The notes beneath the pieces are model-generated. The model did no database searches. It had not been told where the DNA came from and was given only the letters and a program-made list of their open reading frames with translations. A stretch of DNA of 64,000 bases from contig DATDCY010000012.1 of NCBI GenBank assembly GCA_036524115.1, positions 22,396 through 86,395 on the forward strand, in the 5' to 3' direction. Below, in pieces: positions 16,989-26,665 of the stretch. How positions within the stretch are numbered: the stretch's first letter is position 1; the number at the start of each line of letters is the position of its first letter. Position numbers and translations under genes: made by a program. The DNA comes from a bacterium. GTDB lineage: Bacteria > JAUVQV01 > DATDCY01.

Positions 16989-18134
16989 CTAGTTGCTGCG
17001 GACGTTCTTCGGCGCGCCAGGCGGCGCCACGCCGATGCCTTGGACCGCGAAGTCGTAGGGGTTCTTGCCGGCGTCGTTGTTCGCGATGCTGAGCGTGGCC
17101 GTGCGCGTGCCGGCGACGCTCGGGTCGAAGCTCACGGTAAAGGTGGTGCTGGCCCCGGCCGCGATCGTTGCGGAGGGCTGCACGGTCACGGTGAAGTCGG
17201 CGGCGTTCGCGCCGGAAACGGCGACCAGCGGCGCGCCGGAGAGTGTCAGAGCGGCGGTGCCGGTATTTCGGATCGTGAAGGTGTGCGTCATGACGCCGCC
17301 CGTCAGCTTCGTCTTGCCGAAATCGGTGTCGTCGGTGCTGGAAGGCGCGACATCGCCGTCGGGAATCGCCGTGCCCTTGCCGAGCACGCTCATCGCGGGA
17401 GCGGTCGCGCCGGCGCCCTGGATCGCGAAGTCGTAGGGGTTCTTCGCCGCGACGTTGGTGGCGATCGAGATCGTCGCCGAGCGGGTGCCGGCGGCCCCGG
17501 CAACGAAGCTCACGGTGAAGGTGGTGCTGGCGCCCGCGGCGACCGGGGTCGTCGGCTGCGCCGTCACCGTGAAGTCCGCGGCGTTGGCGCCGCCGATGGC
17601 GACGAGCGGCGTCCCCGAGAGCGTCAGCGGGCCGGTGCCGACGTTCCGGATGGTGTAGGTGCGCGTCACCGCGGCGCCGCCGACGCCGGCCGTGCCGAAG
17701 TCGGTCTGGTCGGCCGCGGAGGGCGTGGTGTCGCCGTCGACGATCACGACCGCGTTGCCCAGGACGTTGACGTCCGGGACCCCGGGCACCGTGTACGGCA
17801 CCTCGTTGGAATAGCCGCTCTCGTTGCCGACGCTGTCGTAGGCGGTCGCGGCGAAGTAGTACGTCGTGCCGTCGGTCAGGCCGGTCACGGTGTAGGTCGT
17901 CACGTTGCCGGCGTCGATCGGCGTGCCGTAGACGCCGGATGCCGTCCCGTAATAGACCTTGTACCCTGTGACGTCAGGCTCGGTGTTCGCGTCCCACGCG
18001 AGCGTCACCTGGGCGGCGAGCGCCTGGCCCGCGCCGAGGATCAGGACCAATGCCAGGGCGATCCCGCCGCAGAGACGCGCCCGCCAGCGCGCGCCGTTGT
18101 TGTTTCTCCCGATCTCCCTGCTGACCGCTGCCAT
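16989..18134 (-). CDS. Secreted protein: FN3 domain plus two tandem roughly 115-aa ASH/'choice-of-anchor D'-like beta-sandwich domains
   Basis: Signal MAAVSREIG...LALVLILGAGQALA. FN3 (AQVTLAWDANTEPDVTGYKVYYG...YYFAATAYDSVGNESGYSNEV). Two copies of DG...DFG...TFTIRN.GT..LTLSG.PLV...G.NAADFTV...P...I.AGASTTFTVSF.....GTR.AT.SIA.N...KNPYDF..QG. It lacks the C-terminal domain shared by its three neighbours. Confidence 0.7.
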   Translation of the reverse strand: MAAVSREIGRNNNGARWRARLCGGIALALVLILGAGQALAAQVTLAWDANTEPDVTGYKVYYGTASGVYGTPIDAGNVTTYTVTGLTDGTTYYFAATAYDSVGNESGYSNEVPYTVPGVPDVNVLGNAVVIVDGDTTPSAADQTDFGTAGVGGAAVTRTYTIRNVGTGPLTLSGTPLVAIGGANAADFTVTAQPTTPVAAGASTTFTVSFVAGAAGTRSATISIATNVAAKNPYDFAIQGAGATAPAMSVLGKGTAIPDGDVAPSSTDDTDFGKTKLTGGVMTHTFTIRNTGTAALTLSGAPLVAVSGANAADFTVTVQPSATIAAGASTTFTVSFDPSVAGTRTATLSIANNDAGKNPYDFAVQGIGVAPPGAPKNVRSN

Positions 18135-18276
18135 CGCCGTCCCCTCCGTCGCGTGTCGCCCGGCGAGCCGTTCGCCGCCCGGTGCGGTGCCGTTCGCCGG
18201 AGAGAGAATGCACCCAAGCGGCAGCGGGGCGCTGTGATTGCGGTCACAGGGCGCGGAGGCGCAGGAGGGGACCCCT

Positions 18277-21261
18277 CTAGGGGAAGACGGTCGCCTCCTC
18301 GCAGTAGAAGTTGTCGAAGAAGGTCTCCACCTGGGAGGCGCCGAGCCCGAGCCAGCCGGCGACCGCCCTCTTGAACTTGAAGGCGCCCTTCAGCCTGCCG
18401 TCGAGGTAGACCCGCACGTACCCGGCGGAGTCCAGGTCGGCGCGCAGCCGGTACCACCTGCCGACGACCGTCGGCACGAAAATCGTCTTCTTGATCCCGC
18501 CGGCTTCCGTCCCGAGATACCCGGCCTGCCCGACGACGATCCTGCCGGGCAGCAGCTTCACGTACCGGTAGCGCTGGTGGTCACTCTGGTACGCGAAGAG
18601 GAGGCTGGCGTTGGCCGCGGAGCCCCCGCCCGAGAGCTTCGTCTTTATCTCGAACTTGCCCGTCAGGAACGCGCTGAAGTTGTTGTTGACGACGCGGTTG
18701 TCCACGTTCGCCGTGGACGCCAGCTGCTTGGCGCTGTTCACGCGCCAGCTCGCGTACCGGTAAGGGAGCCAGTCCGGGTCGCCGGCGTCGCTGCCGTCGG
18801 TGAAGTCGTCGCGGTGGATGATCGGCGCGGCGATGAACGAGAACCAGGTGAACGGGCCCGGGACCGGTCCGCCCGGCGTCAACGCGACCACCCGCCAGTA
18901 GTACGTGTTGCCGGCGACCTTCTCCGGGAAGATGCGCGAGTTCGTCGCGATCGTGTCCAGCAGCGTCAGCGGCGCCAGCGGGTCCGTGCCGTAGTAAAGC
19001 TCGTAGCCGGTCGCGCCGGCGACGGCGTCCCACATGAACTTTGTCTCCGAGGTCACCACGGACGAGCCCTGCGGCGGGAATGCGTTGTAGATGCCCGGGG
19101 CAGGGGAGGCGGCGGACGTCGAGAAGACCACCGAGTAATAGCCGGTCGAATCCAGGTTGTTGTCGCTCACGACGAGTGTGTAGAGCCCCCGCTGCAGGAG
19201 CGTGTGACTCAGCTTCTGCGGCATCAGCGACCCGGTGGCGGACGCCTCGATTGCCCCGCCGCCGGGGGGGTAGAGGTAGATCTCCGGCTGCACGCTCGAG
19301 TAGGCATAGGCCGCAGCCGTGAGGGTGATCCGGTCGCCGGGGCGGCCGTAGAAGTGGTAGACATCCTGGTCCGCGCCATAGTGGAACGCGCCGACCTTCA
19401 CTTCCTTGTGCGCGATCATGCCGCCGTCGTTGTCATCCGCGTTGTCCGACGGGGAGATGCCCCCGGGGATCTGAACCAGCGAGAAGGCGTACGTGCCCGA
19501 AGCGTTCAGGCCGGCGTCGCTGATCACCACCGAGTAGACGCCGGTCTCCTGCAGCTGCCAATTCTCGCGCGTCGCCCTCGTCACCGGCAGAGAGGACTGC
19601 TCGAGGTTGCCTCCGGGCGCGTACAGGCGTATCTGCGGCTCGAGACCGGAGGAAGGCGACGAGGCGGCCACGGCGACCGTGGTCCCTGCCGTGCCGTAGA
19701 AGAGATAGACGTCGGTGTCCGCCTGATAGCTGAGCACTCCGGCCTTGGTTCCGCCGGACATGATCGTGCCGCCGTCCGCATCGCCCGCCGAGGTGACGGC
19801 CCCCGGTATCGTCACGAGCGCGATCGCGTACCACCCTTCGGCGTCGAGGTTGAAGTCGCTCACAACGGCCGTGTAGGTTCCGCTCTGCGCGGGCAACCGC
19901 TGCTCCAGCCACTGCGAGTCCTTGCTGCCGATTGCCTGCGCGACAAAGGACCCGTCGGGCGCATAGAATCGAATCTCGGGCTGCACGCCGCCGGTGTTCT
20001 CGGCCGTCGTCAGGATCACCATCTCACCGCCCTGGGCGTCGAACTGGAAGATGTCGGTGTCGGAGCGGTTCGAAAGGTACCCGAGCTTCGTCTCGCCCGA
20101 GGCGATGATCCCGCCGTCGGCGTCGTCCGCCGAAGCGGCCGCGCCCGGGATCTTCGCCAGGGACAGCGAGTACCACCCCTCGGCGTTCAAGCCGTAGTCG
20201 CTCACGAGGATCGTGTAGGTCCCGCTCGCTGCGGCGACCGCGTCAAGCAGATGACCGGACGTGCTGCCGAGACTCGAGGCCTCGAGTGCGCCCCCCGCCG
20301 GCGGGTACAGGTAGAACTCCGGCTGGACACCGCTCCCCGAGAGTGGCGCTGTCGTGATGACGATCCGGTCGCCGGCGGTCGCCGCGAACTGAAAGAGGTC
20401 GCTGTCCACCGCGGGCGAGAGGTAGCCGAGCTTCGTCTCGCCCGAAGCGATCGGGCCGCCATCGCCGTCCGTCGCCGACGCGGCGTCGCCGGGGATCTTG
20501 GCGAACGAAAGCGTATAGCTGCCGTAATTGTTCATGCCATAGTCGCTGACGAGCAGCGTGTACTTCGTGCCGCCGGCGGCTGGCCCGAGGCGGTAATCCA
20601 CGCGGCGGGTGCTGAGGTTCCCGGTTCCGGGAAAGTCCGCCGCGGGGCCACCGCCGCCGGGGGGGAACAGGTACAGCTCCGGCTGCGGACCGGAGCCGGA
20701 AACGGTGACGACGATGCGATCATCGGGCGATCCGTCGAACTGGAAGCAGTCCATGTCGGCGTTCCCCGTGATCGACCCGCCGACACTCTGGCCCGAGGAG
20801 ACGGGACCGCCGTCGGGATCCACGGCCGAGGCGAGCAGACCGGGGTCGATGGCGGCCGCGCTCACGTTCGTGAAGGCGATCGAGTAATACCCGTCGTTGT
20901 TGGCGCCGTTGTCGCGCACGGTGATTGTGTACTCGCCGTCCGCCGGGAGCTGGTGCGTCAAGCGGAACATGCTGAACGAGCCCGTCGCGGACGCGATGGC
21001 CGGCGCCGGGCCCGGCCCTGCGAGGACGATCTCCGGCTGCACGCCGCCGCTGCCGTCCTGGGCCGTGGCGACCACGACCCGGTCCCCGGCGGAGCCGGTG
21101 AACGTCCAGGTCTCCTCCCGGTTGTTCCCTCCGGTGCCGCCCAGGAGAAGGCCGGAGCGGGTCTCGCCCGAGGCGATGCCCGCCGCCTCGGCGCTGGCGG
21201 GGCCCAAGGTGCCCAGGACGGCGATGACGGCGATCAGCCGGAACGGGACGCGGTGCAGCAT
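18277..21261 (-). CDS. Large secreted repeat protein: at least 7 PPC-like (pre-peptidase C-terminal-type) roughly 95-aa repeats, one FN3, shared C-terminal domain
   Basis: Start MLHRVPFRLIAVIAVLGTLGPASAEA at 21261, with GGGAGG about 13 nt upstream. Repeats read ...DGG.I.SGETK.G.LS...D.D.FQF.A.AGD.IVI.TA...SGVQPE..LY.P.GG.LE.S.LG... in the D.D.Y.F style of the PPC domain. A late FN3 (PPQGSSVVTSETKFMWDAVAGATGYELYYG...YYWRVVAL) is present. C-terminus DDFTDGSDAGDPDW...HQRYRYVKL...VGQAG...GGIK...WYRLRADL...YVRVYLDG. The 82 N-terminal residues of the track ORF are rejected. Confidence 0.7.
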   Translation of the reverse strand: MLHRVPFRLIAVIAVLGTLGPASAEAAGIASGETRSGLLLGGTGGNNREETWTFTGSAGDRVVVATAQDGSGGVQPEIVLAGPGPAPAIASATGSFSMFRLTHQLPADGEYTITVRDNGANNDGYYSIAFTNVSAAAIDPGLLASAVDPDGGPVSSGQSVGGSITGNADMDCFQFDGSPDDRIVVTVSGSGPQPELYLFPPGGGGPAADFPGTGNLSTRRVDYRLGPAAGGTKYTLLVSDYGMNNYGSYTLSFAKIPGDAASATDGDGGPIASGETKLGYLSPAVDSDLFQFAATAGDRIVITTAPLSGSGVQPEFYLYPPAGGALEASSLGSTSGHLLDAVAAASGTYTILVSDYGLNAEGWYSLSLAKIPGAAASADDADGGIIASGETKLGYLSNRSDTDIFQFDAQGGEMVILTTAENTGGVQPEIRFYAPDGSFVAQAIGSKDSQWLEQRLPAQSGTYTAVVSDFNLDAEGWYAIALVTIPGAVTSAGDADGGTIMSGGTKAGVLSYQADTDVYLFYGTAGTTVAVAASSPSSGLEPQIRLYAPGGNLEQSSLPVTRATRENWQLQETGVYSVVISDAGLNASGTYAFSLVQIPGGISPSDNADDNDGGMIAHKEVKVGAFHYGADQDVYHFYGRPGDRITLTAAAYAYSSVQPEIYLYPPGGGAIEASATGSLMPQKLSHTLLQRGLYTLVVSDNNLDSTGYYSVVFSTSAASPAPGIYNAFPPQGSSVVTSETKFMWDAVAGATGYELYYGTDPLAPLTLLDTIATNSRIFPEKVAGNTYYWRVVALTPGGPVPGPFTWFSFIAAPIIHRDDFTDGSDAGDPDWLPYRYASWRVNSAKQLASTANVDNRVVNNNFSAFLTGKFEIKTKLSGGGSAANASLLFAYQSDHQRYRYVKLLPGRIVVGQAGYLGTEAGGIKKTIFVPTVVGRWYRLRADLDSAGYVRVYLDGRLKGAFKFKRAVAGWLGLGASQVETFFDNFYCEEATVFP

Positions 21262-21527
21262 GACAGACAGTTCCTCCCTGGCGTTGGGACGCTCTAGGCC
21301 GAAACGACGCAAAGATCCCTCGATTCTCGCGTTTCCTATTAACGCAATAATCATGTGGCCGGCCTCGCATGTCAAGGGGACGCTCTTGATCGATGCCCGG
21401 ACTTCACCGGGGCGAACCCGCATTTGCCGCGCTGGAGCGTCGCGCTTCATGATAAGAGAGTGAACAAAGTTGATATCAGGGGACCGATTTGGTAAGAATG
21501 TCCGCAAATCAATTCAGAGGAGCAATC

Positions 21528-23810
21528 ATGCACGGTCAGGTGCGGAAGGTTTCGCTGTGTCTCCTCGTCGCGATGGCATTCTCTCTCCTTCCGGGGTGCA
21601 GTTCAGAGCAGAAGAAGGCGAAGCATCTCAAGCGGGGCGAGGCCTACCTGGCGGAGTCGAAGGTGCGCGAGGCGATCATCGAGTTCCGGAACATGCTGCA
21701 GATCGACTCCCGGGACGCACTCGCGTACTACAAGCTCGGCCTGGCGTATCTCATGACCGGACAGGTCAAGGAGGCGTACGCCGATCTCTCGCGGAGCGTG
21801 GAATTGAACGCGGAGAACGTCGACGCGCAGCTCAAGCTCGCGGGCATTCTGCTCTCCGCCGGAGAGACCGGAAAGGCCAGAGAGAAGGTGACGCTCGTGC
21901 TGGCGAAGGAGCCGGGCAACGTCGAAGGGCACCTGCTGATGAGCGGGGTCGACGCCGCCTCAAAGGACATCGACGGCGCGATCGCCGAGGCGAAGAAGGC
22001 AGTCGAGCTCGACCCCAAGCGGATGCAGTCCTCCATACGGCTGGCCGAGCTGTATGCGGCCGCGCGCCAGACGGCCAAGGCCGAGGAGACGCTGAAGGCC
22101 GCGCTCGGCGTCGACGCGAACTCGCCGGAGGCGCACGCCGCTTACGGCGAGTTTCTGCGGGTCACGGGTCGCGTGGACGAAGCCGAGACGCAGTTCAAAC
22201 GCGTGGTGGAACTTCAGCCCCAGAAGGCCGAGTCGCACGTCCTGCTCGCACGTTTCTACATCGCGACGCGGCGGCCCGAGCCGGCGGGAAAGGCGCTGGC
22301 CGCGGCCATCGCGGCCGAGCCGAAGAACCCGATGCCCTACTTCACCCTCGCCGACTTCCAGCGCGCGCAGGGAAGCAGCGCCGAAGCCGAGGCGACGCTG
22401 CGCAAGGTCCTGGAATTCGACGCGGGGAACGCCCGCGCTCTCGGGACGATCGGGGAGGCCGCCCTGCTGCGCGGGAGGCCCGACGAGGCCGCCGCCACGG
22501 TCGAGGAGCTGCTCAAGCGCAACCCGAGCGACCCCCAGGGGCTGCTGCTCAAGGGCAGGATCGCCATGGGACGCGGCCAGTACCGGGAGGCCTTGGACAC
22601 GTTCCAGGCTGCCACCAAGGCCGCGCCGAACTTTGCGCCCGGGTGGTACTCGCTGGCGCTGGCCCACTTCGCGAACAAGGATGCGGAGCAGGGGAGGGCA
22701 GCGCTGCAGGAGGCGCTCAAGGTCGCGCCCGACTACCGCGAGGCGCGGTTGACTCTCGCGGATCTCGCGCTCAAGTCGAAGAACTTCGACGCGGCGCTCG
22801 AGGAAAGCAGCAGAGTCCTCGAGAAGGACCCCGACAACTACCAGGCGCGGTTGATCGCGGGCAGCGCCGCCTATTGGAAGAAGGACCTGGTCACGGCCGA
22901 GCGGCACTTTCAGGAGCTGTTGCGGATCGACCCGAAGAACCCGAACGGATTCCAGCTGATGGGCAGGCTGGCCGTCGCGAAGGGAAGGCTCGACGAGGCC
23001 GCTGCGCAGATGGAGAAGGCGCTCGCGCTCTCACCCGACTTCCTCCCGGCGCTCCAGGACCTCGCGATGCTGGCGATGATGCAGAAGCAGCCCGAGAAGG
23101 CGCTCGCCCGCGTGCAAAAGCAGGTCGAGGCGTCGCCGAGGAACCCGGCGTACCACCAGCTTCTCTTCCAGCTCTACGAGCGCGCCGGCAAGCTCGATCT
23201 CGCCGAGGCCAGCCTGAGGAAGGCCATGGACCTGGCGCCGGGGAACAACGGTCTCTACGTCGCCCTCGGCTCCTTCTACGGGCGGCACGGCATGATCGAC
23301 AAGGCGTTGCGGGAGGGGCAGACGGCCGTGGAGAAGCAGCCGGACTCGCTGCAGGCGCGTATGCTGCTTGGCGTCCTGTATGACTCGCGCGGGGAGACGG
23401 CCAAGGCCAAGGAGCAGTACGAGGCGGTCCTGCGGATCGACCCGAAGTTCGGTCCGGCGGCGAACAATCTCGCCTGGATCGAGGCCGAGCACGGCGGCAG
23501 CCTGGATCGGGCCATGCAGCTTGCGCAGATCGCGCAGGACAAGCTGCCGCAGGACCCGAACGTCGCCGACACCCTCGGCTGGGTCTTCTACAAGATGAAC
23601 ATGTTCTCGCGCGCCGTGACCTCCCTGGAGGAGGCCCGCGAGAAGATCGGCGACAACCCGGTCGTCCGCTATCACCTCGGCATGGCCTACTTCAAGAGCG
23701 GCAAGAACGCGCAGGCCGCCGCGGAGTTGAAGAAGGCGCTGGAGCTGAGTTCGGCCTTCGGCGGCGCGGACGAGGCGCGAAAGACACTGGGGGAGATCGG
23801 GAGCAAGTAG
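21528..23810 (+). CDS. prsT: PEP-CTERM system TPR-repeat lipoprotein (PrsT-like)
   Basis: Lipoprotein signal MHGQVRKVSLCLLVAMAFSLLPGCSS, with GAGGAG 7 nt upstream of ATG 21528. About 760 aa of back-to-back TPR repeats (AYYKLGLAYLMTGQVKEA...), the architecture of the TIGR02917 family. It is located immediately upstream of the PrsR-like gene. Confidence 0.7.
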   Translation: MHGQVRKVSLCLLVAMAFSLLPGCSSEQKKAKHLKRGEAYLAESKVREAIIEFRNMLQIDSRDALAYYKLGLAYLMTGQVKEAYADLSRSVELNAENVDAQLKLAGILLSAGETGKAREKVTLVLAKEPGNVEGHLLMSGVDAASKDIDGAIAEAKKAVELDPKRMQSSIRLAELYAAARQTAKAEETLKAALGVDANSPEAHAAYGEFLRVTGRVDEAETQFKRVVELQPQKAESHVLLARFYIATRRPEPAGKALAAAIAAEPKNPMPYFTLADFQRAQGSSAEAEATLRKVLEFDAGNARALGTIGEAALLRGRPDEAAATVEELLKRNPSDPQGLLLKGRIAMGRGQYREALDTFQAATKAAPNFAPGWYSLALAHFANKDAEQGRAALQEALKVAPDYREARLTLADLALKSKNFDAALEESSRVLEKDPDNYQARLIAGSAAYWKKDLVTAERHFQELLRIDPKNPNGFQLMGRLAVAKGRLDEAAAQMEKALALSPDFLPALQDLAMLAMMQKQPEKALARVQKQVEASPRNPAYHQLLFQLYERAGKLDLAEASLRKAMDLAPGNNGLYVALGSFYGRHGMIDKALREGQTAVEKQPDSLQARMLLGVLYDSRGETAKAKEQYEAVLRIDPKFGPAANNLAWIEAEHGGSLDRAMQLAQIAQDKLPQDPNVADTLGWVFYKMNMFSRAVTSLEEAREKIGDNPVVRYHLGMAYFKSGKNAQAAAELKKALELSSAFGGADEARKTLGEIGSK

Positions 23811-23861
23811 GATCCGCGCCGGCCTCCATCCATTCGGTGTTGAGAAACAGGGACGTGGTTC

Positions 23862-25253
<1,392 letters not shown>

Positions 25254-25271
25254 TCTCGCTCTTCTTTGAAC

Positions 25272-25288
25272 TGTAAAACTGTCTTACA
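25272..25288 (+). promoter_or_regulatory. Imperfect palindrome TGTAAaactgtcTTACA, a candidate enhancer (UAS) for the sigma-54 activator
   Basis: 14 of 17 positions are self-complementary (TGT-N11-ACA). It is centred about 116 bp upstream of the -24 element, a typical bEBP enhancer distance, and sits in the AT-richer intergenic region just after the prsR stop. Confidence 0.3.
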
Positions 25289-25395
25289 TGTTGCCAGACG
25301 GTCGCAGCACCACAAAGGACCTGCATTCTGGCGTCGATCATTTAAAAAGCAATATAATCAATGTGTTAGATTCGCAGATGCCCTACATTTCGGTT

Positions 25396-25411
25396 TGGCA
25401 CAACTCATGCA
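25396..25411 (+). promoter_or_regulatory. Sigma-54 (RpoN) -24/-12 promoter
   Basis: TGGCACaactcaTGCA compared with consensus TGGCACG-N4-TTGCA. The GG and GC dinucleotides are exactly 10 bp apart and the -24 hexamer is perfect. It lies 80 nt upstream of ATG 25491 and just downstream of the sigma-54 activator gene. Confidence 0.55.
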
Positions 25412-25490
25412 AACATGATTCAGGCAGAGAGCGATGATGACGAAAATGGGACGGTTGGTCTTCGGCGAGCACAGCGAAAGGAGATTGGTT

Positions 25491-25979
25491 ATGAAGAAGA
25501 AATGGATGGTGTTGGTGGTGGCCGCCCTGGTCCTGACGCTAGTACCGGTGGGACGCGCGCTGGCGACTACGATAACGCTGGACCTCCACAATAACGATGC
25601 TCCGATCTGCGCTCCCGGGACGGAGGGGTGCCCGAATGACGGCACCTATTGGCATTTCGTGATCGCTCCGGACAATGATTGGGCGACCTTCGTCCAGGTG
25701 CATCTCAATCTTGGCACCTCGTTCTACGACACATCGCTGTGGATTCAGCCACAGGTCGATCAGGTGTATGTGGCGGTGCCGACGGGGTTCCACTACGACG
25801 ACCTTCTTGTGAGTGGCAGCACCGCGACCGTTACCTATGCCGGGGATCTTCCTAAGAATGCCAAGTTCGTCCTGAGTCATGTCTGCGTGGCGAGTCAGGT
25901 TCCCGAGCCTTCTTCGCTGTTGCTTCTCGGCAGCGGAATCCTCGGCCTGGGCCTGATCCGCCGCCGGCGCCGCGCCTAG
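25491..25979 (+). CDS. PEP-CTERM sorting-domain protein (putative exosortase substrate), 163 aa
   Basis: Signal peptide MKKKWMVLVVAALVLTLVPVGRALA, with AGGAGA 8 nt upstream of ATG 25491. The C-terminus ...SQVPEPSSLLLLGSGILGLGLIRRRRRA has the PEP motif, a hydrophobic helix and an Arg-rich tail, which is the canonical PEP-CTERM tripartite signal. Confidence 0.8.
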   Translation: MKKKWMVLVVAALVLTLVPVGRALATTITLDLHNNDAPICAPGTEGCPNDGTYWHFVIAPDNDWATFVQVHLNLGTSFYDTSLWIQPQVDQVYVAVPTGFHYDDLLVSGSTATVTYAGDLPKNAKFVLSHVCVASQVPEPSSLLLLGSGILGLGLIRRRRRA

Positions 25980-26004
25980 ATTCGCCGGCCGCTCCGCAGC
26001 AACG

Positions 26005-26042
26005 CCGCCGCCCCTCGCAAGACGGGGCGGCGGTTTCTTTTT
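26005..26042 (+). terminator. Rho-independent terminator of the PEP-CTERM gene
   Basis: ccgccgcccc-tcgcaagac-ggggcggcgg is a perfect 10-bp GC stem. It is followed by tttcttttt. Confidence 0.7.
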
Positions 26043-26082
26043 GTCTCCCGTCACTTGGATGGCGCTCTCTCCTGATCAGCGC

Positions 26083-26664
26083 TCAATCCAAACGGACGTC
26101 GTCCAGGTAAATGGTCACTGGGGCCCGGGGATTCGCGACGAAGATGAACACGCGGCGGATGGACTCCCGGCGCAGGGGGCGGTGCGAGCCCGAGGTCACG
26201 AGCGAGGGCAGGGGGACAGCGATCCGATTGGCCCCCGGAACCAGTGAGAAGGTCCTGTTGAAGCGCTCCGGGAAGTCGGGGTACTCGGCGTCGTCGATGC
26301 GAAGCGTCAAGGGGACGTTGTTCGCGGCCGGGTTATACGCGTCGAATCGGAGCAGCCTCCGCCGGGACCAGTCCGGATCGAACGAGGCGAAGGTGATCCC
26401 AGGATAGGGCCGCGGATTGCCCGCGCTCGCCGGATAGAGCGTCATTTCCAGACTCGACCGGCCCGATGTTGCGTGCGAGGCAGAGAGGCGATAGATGGCG
26501 CCGCACTGCCACTGCAACTCGTCAAGAATGTCGCGCCTCTCGAACTCGTACTCGAATGGCCGTGTACGCTGACAGGCGACCAGGCCGATCGCGACGGTGA
26601 GAGCCGTCGCGGTTCGGCGGGTCGTACCTGACGACATGAGGCGACGGACAGCCGGGGCAATCAC
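26083..26664 (-). CDS. Hypothetical lipoprotein (possible beta-sandwich / carbohydrate-binding-like); function unknown
   Basis: Signal plus lipobox ...TATALTVAIGLVACQ. I recognise no catalytic motifs. It is convergent with the PEP-CTERM gene. Confidence 0.45.
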   Translation of the reverse strand: MIAPAVRRLMSSGTTRRTATALTVAIGLVACQRTRPFEYEFERRDILDELQWQCGAIYRLSASHATSGRSSLEMTLYPASAGNPRPYPGITFASFDPDWSRRRLLRFDAYNPAANNVPLTLRIDDAEYPDFPERFNRTFSLVPGANRIAVPLPSLVTSGSHRPLRRESIRRVFIFVANPRAPVTIYLDDVRLD

Positions 26665-26665
26665 G

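Noticed and set aside
18238-21297. 1019-aa plus-strand ORF antisense to the large PPC-repeat protein
   Set aside because: Low-complexity Arg/Gly/Val composition. The opposite strand encodes a coherent repeat protein with a signal peptide.
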